Under the pieces are notes generated by a model. It was not told where the DNA came from. It saw only the letters and a program-made list of their open reading frames with translations, and did not search any database. Below, one piece after another: positions 13,579 through 25,275 of a stretch of DNA of 64,000 bases. The position numbers and the translations under genes are program-made. The DNA comes from Perna viridis (Eukaryota): the NCBI GenBank assembly GCA_037379345.1, contig CM074516.1, positions 5,890,001 through 5,954,000 on the forward strand. The letters are read 5' to 3'. Numbering within the stretch: the first letter of the stretch is position 1; each line of letters opens with the position of its first letter.

Positions 13579-15351
13579 AAAATTTTGCAGATTTTATAAC
13601 AACATTATGGTTTTTGTTACAGTTTCATTATCCTTATAATGTTTGGCTTAATACAACCAGTCTTGAATATACTAATGTATCGACGTGCTTTTTTTCCTGT
13701 ATTTTGTATGAAACAATGAAAAACGCAACCTTCACATTTCAGCTAACCATCCCTGTAACCATTTGTATTCCACCTTTTTTATTGTAATTTAACTGTTCTC
13801 ACTTGGTTAAGCCGTACCAGAAGGGGTCAAAGTCTACCAATTATGTAACACTTAAAGTTCAAAATACCTCTGAATTCAGGAGTTAAGACCGAAATTCATT
13901 TATAATGAGTAATGCATGCAAAATGTAGAGGACCTCCCCAAAGGTTGACAAACCTTTGTACCCTCCATTGGATGAGCATTAGTACCTTTCATATTTGTAA
14001 GAATGGTGTGCTTATCATCCCAATCAATACACAAGACACAGAAACAGATGGAACAATTAATGTGTAATTAGTGATAAAACTTAATGATGTTCACCTCATC
14101 AGTACTAACTGTAACCCTGCTGTGTGTATATATTTCTTGAACATTTAAGACCAGTTCTTTATTTTGAAAACTTGTACCAATACAGGGTCAGATCTAGAAA
14201 TTTAAAAAAGAGGTATAAAGATGGCGATTTCCTATTTGCAAAGTTTGCACAGTATTCAAAAAATTTTCTAGCAAAGTGTGGGGGATTCCAACTCCCCTCC
14301 CTGGATCTGCTATTTCAGTAGTTGACCATGTCTGCAAGCCTCTCCTTTAAGACACTGATGTGTTTAGGTTAGAATGTTACTGGTAATTCAGAGGTGCATC
14401 ATAGACTTTACAATACAAGGGATGTATTAAGAAAGGGGTGTTGCATTCTATCTCTTGCTTATTTTTGTCCCAATTTTGCATGAACCCTGCCCTAGATCAA
14501 CCACTGTTATCTTGCCATGCACCTCTAAGTTCACACTTTTTATTATGGTGTTATGGTATGGTAACTGCATTTGCGAACATCCCTGAACATCATTCCTGTT
14601 AAAATTTTAGACAATTAATTTAATCACAGTTTATCTTGGTTTCAATGGCTGTGGCTGTGTTTCATAATTTTTATTTCTAGCAGTCTGCCCTATGTTAATT
14701 TAAGGTAATGGGGTTTTCTTGTAAACAAAGGTCACTGTGTCCACTGTGGAACATACTCTGACTCAGTAAATGCTGGTCAGATGATTACAAATTAGTGCCA
14801 ACAATATAAACAGACATTATTGACCAATTAATAGTGTATTGGGGTCAAACCCATTACAAAGTTTGTTGATTTTAGCCAGAATGGGTGAGAAAACTGTCCG
14901 AAAATAGACTTGAGGTTTTATCTCTTGTTGAAAGTTTCACAAAGACATTATTTTATTGCGTGGGAAAATCATTTAAGTCCCTCTTTACTTTACTTTTAAC
15001 TTTTTTTTGTACTTAAAAATTTAACTTCACTATAGTAACTTAAATACTTTATGATGTATACTGATTTCAACTAGGTTCTCATAGGATTTCAAAATGAAGA
15101 CTAAAATAAATCTGGAAAAAAAATTTAATTTCAATTTCAATTTTTAAAGAATTCTTATAAAGTTTCCAAGTTCTTCTTATTTATGTAATTTTGCCAGTAC
15201 TAATAAGTGCTCAATTTTATGGGTTTATGCAACTGAAAGATGTAAAGTGTGTAAATTATTCACCTTAATGCATCATTACTACCAGGTAAATAAAGAAACT
15301 CCTTGCTGCATGAACTTTGATCAATGTTGCAACAAAAGCTGATGACTGTGT

Positions 15352-15697
15352 CTGGTCCATACTCCAAGTTTAATCCTACCAGTGCACCTGGTCCATACTC
15401 CCAATTTTACCCTACCAGTGCATCCAGTCCATACTCCCAATTTTACCCTTCTAGTGCCTCTGGTCCAGACTCTATTTTTACACTACCAGTGCATCTGGTC
15501 CATATTCCCAGTTTTACCCTACCTATGAACCTGGTCCATGCTCCCAGTTTTACACTACCAATACATCTGGTCCACTCTCCCAGTCATGCCCTACCTGTGC
15601 ACTTAGTCTGTGTTCCTAGTTTTACCTTACCAGTCCGCCTGGTCAATACTCTGAGTTTTACCCTACCAGTCCACCTGGTCCATGATCCCAGTTTTTA
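15352..15697. repeat. Minisatellite, 36 bp x ~9.5
   Basis: Unit ttttaccctaccagtgcacctggtccatactcccag; explains the repetitive ORF 15324-15698. Confidence 0.92.
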
Positions 15698-16494
15698 GAG
15701 TTTGGTTGAACTTTTTTGTTTTCTGTGTGTATGTGTGTGTGTTTTTTTTGTTTTTTTTTCAATTTTATTTGCCTTTGTCTTTTTTCCTTGAGTTACTTGA
15801 GTCTTAGAACTCGAGTGCACCAGTTCTGGTGAAGGTATCCTGAGTGCTACAAAAACAGACTAAAGTACTTGATGATACTACAAACAAGCACTAACTATAT
15901 TTGTTTGATAACACCTAATATCATAATTTACCAAATATTTATAACAGAAAAAAAGAGAAATTAGCTACTAATTTTATTATAGCATGTTTTGGGATAATTA
16001 GGGATGATAGAGCATATCAATTAACAATCATTATATCAGGTAGAGTAGCACATTACTGCAAAGTTTTATTGCTTCCAGACTTGTAATTTTACAAGTTCTG
16101 ACAAACCTTTTGGGAAACATTAACATGGTATAATATGATAATAGTGCTGCATTTAATGAATAAACCACTTTTCTAAATATTGGTATCAGGTTTCTTATGT
16201 TTTTGATTATACATCATGTTACAGGTATATTTTAAGTTAAGAAATGTTGTTTCTATAAAGTTTAATAGTGGTGTTGAGAGTTATTGCTTTATTGCATAAT
16301 TGATTCATGTTTTTATTACATGTAAGTTTTTATCTTTTTTTGTAAATAAAGAAAGTGTTTTTGTCGACTTGTAGTCTTGCTTCTAAGCTCTTAAAGTAGC
16401 AAAACAGCAGAGAAGATGAACTTTTCTAACTTTAGAGTGGTCTAAAGACCCGTCTAGATTTTTGAATCTACATAGTCATAGTCAGCAATCATTA

Positions 16495-16696
16495 CTGTTC
16501 ATTCAGAAGTTATTCACTTATTGCATACATTTATTATTGTAATTGTGTTATTTTAGTTAATAATGTGATTCTAATTATTGAGATTTTGAGAAAATTCTTA
16601 CATTGATTATGTTGCAATTTTGTTATGCAAGTTTTGATTAATGTGATTTTGAATTAGTCACATTTTTGCAAACATCACAATCTTCTGAATTAGCAG
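16495..16696. mobile_element. Decayed CTGT...ACAG-type MITE
   Basis: TIRs ctgttcattcagaag / cttctgaattagcag (13/15 match). Confidence 0.6.
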
Positions 16697-16777
16697 TGTT
16701 TGAAAGCTGTAAGGTTATTATGTCGGACTTCATGCTCCTGTGTACCTCATAAGAAATAGAAAAAAGAAATTAAAAAC

Positions 16778-17158
16778 TTCCCTGCTATGCAGTATTTCCC
16801 CCAATGTTTTCCCTGCTATGCAGTATTTTCCCAATGTTTTCCCTGTTATGCAGTATTTCCTCCAGTGTTTTCCCTGCTATGCAGTAGTTTTCCCTGATAT
16901 GCAGTATTCCCCCCAATGTTTTCCTTGCTATGTAGTATTTCCCCCCAATATTTTCCCTGCTATGCAATATTTCCCTCCAATGTTTTCCCTGCTATGCAGT
17001 ATTTCCCCAGTGTTTTCCCTGCTATGCAGTATTTCCCCAATGTTTTCCCTGCTATGCAGTATTTCCCCAGTGTTTTCCCTGCTATGCAATAGTTTTCCCT
17101 TATATGCAGTATTCCCCCAATGTGTTCCCTGCTATGCAGTATTTCCCCTAGTGTTTTC
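16778..17158. repeat. Minisatellite, ~30 bp x ~13
   Basis: Unit ttttccctgctatgcagtatttcccca(a/g)tg; explains ORFs 16740, 16785 and 16960. Confidence 0.93.
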
Positions 17159-18778
17159 ACTCTAATTAAACAAAATCAACCTGCAAAAATCAATCTGAAA
17201 GATTGATGAAAATGATATGATTTATCCCATGACATGTTTACACTGGCATATCTCTTATTCTTTTTCATTTTCTTGGATTCTAAAATCAACAAAGGAATTC
17301 CTATGACATCTTCACTTAGTCTTTGATGCTTCCCATCTTCGTTAACACCTGGGCTCACCTGGGGTATTATCTTTTTTTACGACCAGCTGTAAAAATAAAA
17401 CGGAATTGACTTCTAAGAGACTCAGGAATTCAATTTATTTTTGTTACTTTTTCTCAGCAGTAACTGCTGTCATTTTGTCAAGATGTTTCAGGTGTGCTGT
17501 TTGTCATCAAAAGATAATTGAGTTATTTCCCTTAGTCCATAGTCTCAGTGGTTCAAGCTGCCAATCATATACACTGATCATCTTATTAAGAATTATCACT
17601 TAAAAACTATAAGAAGCAAAACTAAAAACACTTATTTCAAAGGGGGAGATAATTGGCAGGTATTTTGCTTTATTTTGCTAGTTATAGACTTAACTCAAGA
17701 TTGTTGACACATTCAGCAGAAATAAGTAAATGAATAAATATAAAAAACAACAACAACAACAAACAAACTGTAAACAAAATAAAACTCATAGGGGTTCGAA
17801 TTTACTTCCAAGGTTGGAAGATCCTGGATTTTCCCAAGTTTACAATCAGTAGTCCACTTGAGTAAAATCAAAAGTCCTTAATAAAGTGTAAATTTGAAAG
17901 GTTGAATTTCAAGGACCCAGTTAAATGAAATTTCAAAGGTCCTAGATCAGAAATTGGGGTTCCCAGACATCGGATATCAACTAATTTAAACCTCAAGCTT
18001 TTTGAATATTACTACTCTCATTTACCTGTAATTGAACTAAGTGCAAACATTGTTGAATCTTGATATACTGGTAAAGGTTTACAATAAGGGAGATCAGGAA
18101 ACATGTGGTATACACAGAAAAAAAAATTGTGCAGAAGTGTTTTAAACTACTGGTTCATTTACAGAAAAACCTACACCATTAATTTACGAAAACGAGAATC
18201 ACTTACAGTACAAAGTAATACATATAACGACTGCCCTTTGAAATCGAATCTTACTGTTTGATGCCCTCTTTAACTCTGTGATGTACTGTCAGTTCGAAAG
18301 ATGCAGCTTAAAGATGATTTCTACAACAGATGTTTTTGTTTGTATCTGGCGCATCTCTTTTTATTTGTATGCGGTACATCTTTCGGATCATTGAATACAC
18401 ATCACATACATGCATAGATCTCGTAAAAGATAAAATTAGAAGGTGAGAGCTGCTTATCTTGTCTTGAAGGAGAAAAATTGAAGAGGAGTAATCTAGATAG
18501 ACAAAATTTATTGGGAACAAATGCTTGTAATTGCAATGTGTTTTATAATCCCTTAAGAATAAATATAATCTCAATATTCACTAAATCAGAATGAGGCTGG
18601 AGTTAAACAGTTATGGGTAATATTCTGGCATACGTTGTCTTAAATTGTTTGCCCTACTTATGAAATCCAAAAAAAGTAAAGAAAAAAGAAAGCTTTTACT
18701 ATGAAATAAAATTTCAAATAAAATGAATAAGGATGATACACATTTAATTTTCTTGCAAAAGCAAATCCCAACATTCAC

Positions 18779-18963
18779 CAACTTCTGTACATGAGGCTCG
18801 CAGACAAACTTCTGCTTTAGGGGAACAATCACAAACTTCAGTACAAGAGGCTCACAGACAAACTTCTGCTTCAGGGGTACATAGACAAAGTTCTATATAA
18901 CTGGTACATATACAAACTTCAATACATAATGACATAGTCCAACTTCTGTAAAAGGGAGACATG
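18779..18963. repeat. Degenerate 27-bp tandem repeat x7 with a 54-bp dimeric structure in the first four units
   Basis: acaaacttc recurs every 27 bp; units alternate ..gtaca.gaggctc.cag and ..tgctt.agggg.aca. Confidence 0.8.
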
Positions 18964-19573
18964 AAGAATCTGTTGAAGTTATCTTTATTTCTGTTCAGTT
19001 TAGAACACCCATCTGCCAGAAATTCATGAACCTTTTAGCATGAACCATGAAAAACATGTATTTCACATGGATGCACTTCCTGGTTTTTGAATTAACATGC
19101 ATTGAAATAAATTTGATACACAGACAGATTGTCATGGTTAATCTCTGATTAGAACATTGACCAGAAAATTAGAAATCCAAGTATCTCTAGACATGGTTAA
19201 AAAAGAGGGGGAAGGGGGATTTTGAGATGTCAATGAAAAAAAATATTCAAAACAAGACTTCCCTGGTGGCTGAAAATGCTAACGACCATTTCTTATTGTT
19301 ATAAGTAAAATAACTTGAAGTATACACAAAAGGGCTGAAGAAATATTTGTTTTGCTGGTATGTGCAAAAATAAACCTCCAAAAATCCAGCATGACACATG
19401 CACTTAAAGCTTTTTGTGTCCATAGATTCCTGTTTGAAATTTGATGCATTTCTATAGTCTGTTGCTGTGGAAAGTAAGACAATTCTATGCTAAATAGTAA
19501 AGAATATTTAAAGTATGGAAATTTTAATTAAAAAGTTTTGAAGACAATCATTTTATCAGCTATATAGGCTCTG

Positions 19574-19730
19574 CAGGGGCAGACCCAAAAAATTAAAAAG
19601 GGGGATGTCTAAGCTATAATTAGCTCATTTTTGCCCCAAATTGTGAACAAAATGAATATAATTTTTACCGTAAACAAAATGGGGGTTGGGTGAATTAACC
19701 CACTGAGCCTTTCCCCAGATCTGCCTCTTG
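19574..19730. mobile_element. Decayed MITE of a CAGGGGCGGATCCAG-type family (possibly hAT-like)
   Basis: caggggcagaccca ... ccccagatctgcctct; interior gctcatttttgcc...ttgtg.acaaaat shared with 13427-13578. Related fragments at ~8284-8440, 8720-8850, 10120-10291, 14183-14315, 38720-38831 and 40058-40229. Confidence 0.6.
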
Positions 19731-21428
19731 GATGTCCAAGAATCAGTATAGTAAACAAATGTCAGAAATTTTATGATATATTTGGATGGCATAGATTACA
19801 GCTTCATTGTGGTAAATTTGGTAGGAAATTTTGGGTGACAGACCATTCAGTTTTTTAAGTACAATTACAACTTGGGGTTTGTAAGTGGTACTTAACCCTG
19901 CTTTTAATTGGTGCAGAATATTTTACTTATCAGTTATCATGCATGTTAAAGTGATAACTTGTAAGAACTCTCTAGTGTCAGCTTACTTAAACATTTGCTG
20001 TAGGGGGTGTTCATCTTAACAATATACTTTCTTTTATTTTCCCATTTAGAATTATTTTGTTTTTCCAGTGTTTAAATGCTATTAGATATACAATGGCTCC
20101 ATTTAATCTTTTTGCAAATTGTTTATGTTTCTTCACAATTGGATTATAGATAAGGGGAGGTAATTCAACTTGAACAAACAAATGTATGTTATAGTATTCA
20201 TTCAAGCTTTGGATCACATAACGGTAGTAAAATACATTTTTAATGAAAACTGTCATTTATTTATTTTAACAATAATTGTAGTTGATGAAACAATAGTTTT
20301 GCTATCTTATAAGACAATTTATGTGTTAAGAAAAACTTTGAAAAGATAAAATTTGCTAAAATTGATTCATTTGTAAACCACAACCTAATTATTTATCCAT
20401 TTGACCTGGGCTTGATTTTTTTCAAATATGCAGTTATGCCTTAAACTAATGAGTAAGGAAAATAATGAGCCTGGGTGGCTACAGGCTCCCTAGTCTAATC
20501 TAGGATGAATTTTTGCAAGGGTACAGGTCGCCCCCATGGTGACCCGCCTACTTTTGCGGGATGCCTGGGTTGCAGTGATCTGCCTGAACCCTAATACAAC
20601 AACAAAAGTAGTAATGTGAAGAAATAAAATCTTGTTATTATTATTTGAGATATTGTTTGCAGGATAGGTTGAACAATTTATGTGAAAGTAAAGAAAACCA
20701 GGGTATTTTTTATTAAAAAAAAACAAAACAAAACAATAATTAACTAATCACTTATGATCTCAGGGTTAGAATTTTTAGATTTATTACCATCAGTAGTTAA
20801 GTTATAGATTATAACAATGTGGAAAGTGCCTTTAGTTATCCATGTCTGTCTGTCAGAAGAGTTTTTATTAAGGAAAAGGTTTTTTCTTTGTCCTTTAAGC
20901 TGAACATTAGATTCTTGGTATGTGACTAGATTATTCCCACAAAACAGTCTGTGGAATTTCAGTACAAGCTTTGTATAATCTTAATCTTTCACATCAAGGT
21001 CTGAAGATTGAACTATACTTTGTGTTAACTTGGGAACAACCCACAGAGATTAATGCTATTACAATGTTATCATTTTTCTTAAATCAAGTTTGTTTTCTTA
21101 CATAATGTAATTTTGTTCTTCAATTTCGCAAAATCTCATGTCTAGTTGTAAATCATCTACAATAATCTCCTGGTGCATATAGTTAAAAAGGATTAAATAT
21201 TCTTATTATAAGTGATCATTGTATATGAACAAAGAAAATCAATTTCTTCAGACAATCATCCCAAAATATACATTTTATCTTTGTTGCTGATATTTAGGGT
21301 TAGGCCTGGTTCACAAAATGTCAGGCGTTAGTTTACACGTCTATTTCATTTTTCATCCTTTCAATTACATTATCATTTCTATTAATTATACAGCAATCTG
21401 CTTCATTTCTAGGTCATAATGAGAAAAA

Positions 21429-21773
21429 AGGCCAAGTAAACATAAATAGTAGATTCTCATCAACATTCACAAAAAAATATGGTATGGATGGGAGGATTTT
21501 ATTGTTTATTTTTTCATTTTTGAACAGATATTTGCCTAATTTTAGCTTTTGGAAGTATAGATATGATCTAAATCCATTGCCACGTCAGTTTCAGAGAAGC
21601 ATCATTTAAATCACCAAGAAATAAAAGATTTGGGTGTAATAGTATCTTCAAACTAGAAACTGACACAAAAAAAAATCTTTATTTGAAGTTCCCACCCCAA
21701 TTTTAAATTTTTTTTGTCAATTTATTAAGGGGCCAAAGAGGATGAGAATGTTCTAATTTATTTTATTTGGCCT
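21429..21773. mobile_element. AGGCC...GGCCT MITE with ~33-bp imperfect TIRs
   Basis: aggccaagtaaacataaatagtagattctcatc versus reverse complement aggccaaataaaataaattagaacattctcatc. Confidence 0.65.
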
Positions 21774-23328
21774 TATCAAGGGCATGGATGGGAACTTCAA
21801 AAGTGATCATCAATAAGGCCATAGTTATTATATTTTTAGTTGCACATATTTTTTTTTTTTTTTTTTATAAAACCCATTGGTAGGTGGACAAAGAAAAAAA
21901 AATCAACTGCTGTACCTATCTTGTGAAGACATTGTTTTTAGATTTCATTTGATTATCTGAATATGTAGCAGTTTTTTTTATCTTGACAAAGTTTGAATTT
22001 GATAACCAATGTGCAATGATGTACTTTATCAAAAATAGTGTAAATTTGGATCCTTTAATGCAGAAATCAACTAAAATTAAATTTTTTTCTGCAAACAAAA
22101 AACAACAAAATATTGGGTTGAAGGAGAAACAAAAAAAATCATTTTCAATTTGATCTTTGTTCCAATTTGTCAAAATTTAGGATAGGAGGGTTCGTAGAAG
22201 TAAAAAAAAAGATGAAAAAAAAACTAGGGTATTGATGTAATGTACAATGAGTGCAAATCACCACAATTTATGAACTGAATAAAACTGATATGGTCTCTAT
22301 AATGTTACATTGTTTTAAATTGTCAAGTTTTTTTTTAACCCTTTGGCACTAGAGACTTGTGACTGCAGTTGCCATTATAAATCTTTAAATTTCAGTTGGT
22401 ACCTTATAAAAAGATATCACAATTAGAGCTAGCATACACTTTCCACCTGATTAAACAATGGAGGATTTTAGCTACAATACAGGTAGTTTTATCTACATAT
22501 ATTATATGTAATGTGTACTTACCACATGTTGACAGCCATCCTGCTTTGATCTTAACACCATTCAAGTAGTCAGTTTACAACAATTCCCCCCTTTTCCCAA
22601 TAAAAAAAATCTAAAAATCGAGAGTGAATTTACAATACAAAAACAATGTTTCAAATATAAATGACTAATTTTCTGGATGCTGCAATATCTTTAAGAGTTT
22701 TATTGTTGCAGTCGGTATTGAGTTCGTGTTGACATCATGTGACATCCATGATGTTTAATCATGGCAACCAAACTGATGTAGCTTACAACCTCACATTTCA
22801 TTGGACAACTGTGACAGCAACCGTCAAAATTAAGGCTCCACTGGGGGCATTGGTGTCCAGAATATTTTTGATCACTTTTCTATATTGAATTATCTTATAT
22901 AAATTGAATAATCGGAAATAGTTTTTACTTGTTGGACCAATAAAATAATTGAAATATGAAATATAGTATAATGATCACGCATTTCACCAAATAAAATCTT
23001 ATCTTTTTTTTTTTTTTTTAAAGATAGTACTTGTTTTCATTAGTACAGGTATTACATCAATTGTAAGCTACAACAATGACAAAAGAGTTTATGACTTCAA
23101 ATTTTTCATATATTTTTTTTTTTAATTCATTGACTTCTTTTTTGTTTCTTCTTTTTCAGAGCACTCATTCAAATATTCATTTATGTGCAGTTGTTTTGAT
23201 TTAAATATTCCTCTTTAATAGTCTTGAAAAAATGTAAAAATGGTTGATTCATTTTTTCTATAACCTTAGTCTCTGATAATTCCTTGTTCTAGTGGTAAAT
23301 ATGTATTGGTTTAGATTTTTTGTTAGTG

Positions 23329-23394
23329 TATTTGAGATCATCACCTGTCAGATATGTGTGTATTTGAGATCACCACCTGTCAGATATGTATATT
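23329..23394. repeat. Tandem duplication, 32 bp x2
   Basis: tatttgagatca(t/c)cacctgtcagatatgt occurs twice. Confidence 0.8.
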
Positions 23395-24393
23395 TCAAAA
23401 AACTTCAAAGACACTTTTTGACATTGATTGCTTACCTGTTTCTGTTTATACAGGTGCTAATGAAGTTTTCATGTGCACCTGAGCTTATTGGAAGACTATG
23501 GCAATTATCATATTTTTTGCTGCTTTCAAATATTGATCAAAAATGAAGAAAAAAAAGTAATTGCTGATATCATCAGCATCAAAAGAGCTACATGCATTTT
23601 GATTGTAGATGGGGTGATACCTAAGGATAGCTTCATGCAATATTGGTCCAATGACATGTAAAAACCATATTGAGGATTCACTGGAACACTTGAATTAGTT
23701 ATTTTTGCGTTATTGCTTACAATATTTTGCAAAAAAATTCTGCATATGGACTTATTTCCCCTTGATATATAAAATTTACAAAAACCTCATGTTGTACCCA
23801 TACTTGAAAGAGCTTCACCTGTTGGCATGAAATGTGTTGATGCACAGGTTTATACAGGTGCTATTATAACTTTAATATGCATCCGAGTCTAAATTTTCAG
23901 TTTTATTTGAAAGTGATGAGGGATGATTCAAATAAACACTTAAACTTAATTTTTATAGCATGGAAATTGGCACTGGTTTTATGATGATAAAAATGATATG
24001 ATGGTTTTCAAACTTTAAGTGTAATTGTTTAATTTCTTTAACTTATGATTGTGCCATTATAGCTTTGATGATAAAAGTAAGAAATACTTTGAAACTTTAT
24101 AGAAAAAGGATTTCTCCTGGTGGCTGGTATATTGATTGAAGATTAAAGAATTGCTATATTGAACCTTTTCAGACATCTTGACATTGTTATATGGCACTGT
24201 TAGTTTGCAGCCACGTGACTTTGTTTAATGTAGTACTTTGTCTGTGGTCGTATAAATGGCAATACATTGCAGTTAGAGCCACATTGCTCCAAGAAACTGT
24301 AGTTTGCATGTAGAACAATGTTGATCCATTGAGCCTCTTGTTTGTAATCAGCCTAACATTGCTCCATGGAGTTCTAGTTTACAGCCTGAACAG

Positions 24394-24722
24394 CAGCCAT
24401 AATAACATTGATATATGGAGCCTCTAGTTTATACAGCCCCATGACATTGATATATGGAGCCTCTAGTATATACAGCCATAGTAACATTGATATATGGAGC
24501 CTCTAGTTTATACAGCCATAGTAACATTGATATATGGAGCCTCTAGTTTATACAGCCATAGTAACATTGATATATGGAGCCTCTAGTTTATACAGCCCCA
24601 TGAGATTGATATATGGAGCCTCTAGTTTATACAGCCTCATGACATTGATATATGGAGCCTCTAGTTTATACAGCCTCATGACATTGATATATGGAGCCTC
24701 TAGTTTATACAGCCCATGACAT
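24394..24722. repeat. Minisatellite, 39 bp x ~8, with decayed copies upstream to ~24270
   Basis: Unit acattgatatatggagcctctagtttatacagcc(atagta/ccatg) at a 39-bp period. Confidence 0.93.
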
Positions 24723-25034
24723 TTAAGGGTTGAGTCCATTGTTTGTGGCCAGTATGATACATGGCTCTACACAGCATTAAAACTAACATACTGCTAAATG
24801 GTACATCTAGCCTGCAACCAAGACTATGTTGATGTAACAGCTGTCTTTTGTTATGGGCACACCTGGTTGACTACAAGTATGAGCTAAACTGATGTGATCT
24901 GTTATGACAGATCATTGTCTTGTCTAGTACATCAGGGATATTGGTATTTTGTGATAGTAAGCATATTAAATGCTTATTGGTAAAAAATCACCTTGCCTCA
25001 AGTTTGCAGCTATCAATGACATTGCTGAATGTAA

Positions 25035-25275
25035 ATACTGCTCCAGTGATGTGAGGTTCTACTATTCAACCTTAGATACTGCTCCAGTGATGTGAGGTTC
25101 TACTATACTACCATAGATACTGCTCCAGTGATGTGAGGTTCTTCTGTACCACCATAGATACTGCTCCAGTGATTTGAGGTTCTACTATACTACCATAAAA
25201 ACTGCTCCAGTGATGTGAGGTTCTACTATTCAACCTTAGATACTGCTCCAGTGATGTGAGGTTCTACTGTACTAC
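25035..25275. repeat. Minisatellite, 41 bp x6
   Basis: Near-invariant actgctccagtgatgtgaggttct plus a variable but related 17-mer. Confidence 0.92.

Noticed and set aside
15324-17165. Long ORFs 15324-15698 and 16740-17165 with periodic peptides
   Set aside because: They are fully explained by 36-bp and ~30-bp minisatellites, with frame shifts between units.
25035-25275. CRISPR-like alternation of constant and variable segments
   Set aside because: The variable parts are only 17 nt, homologous and recurrent; the context is eukaryotic with no cas genes. It is a minisatellite.
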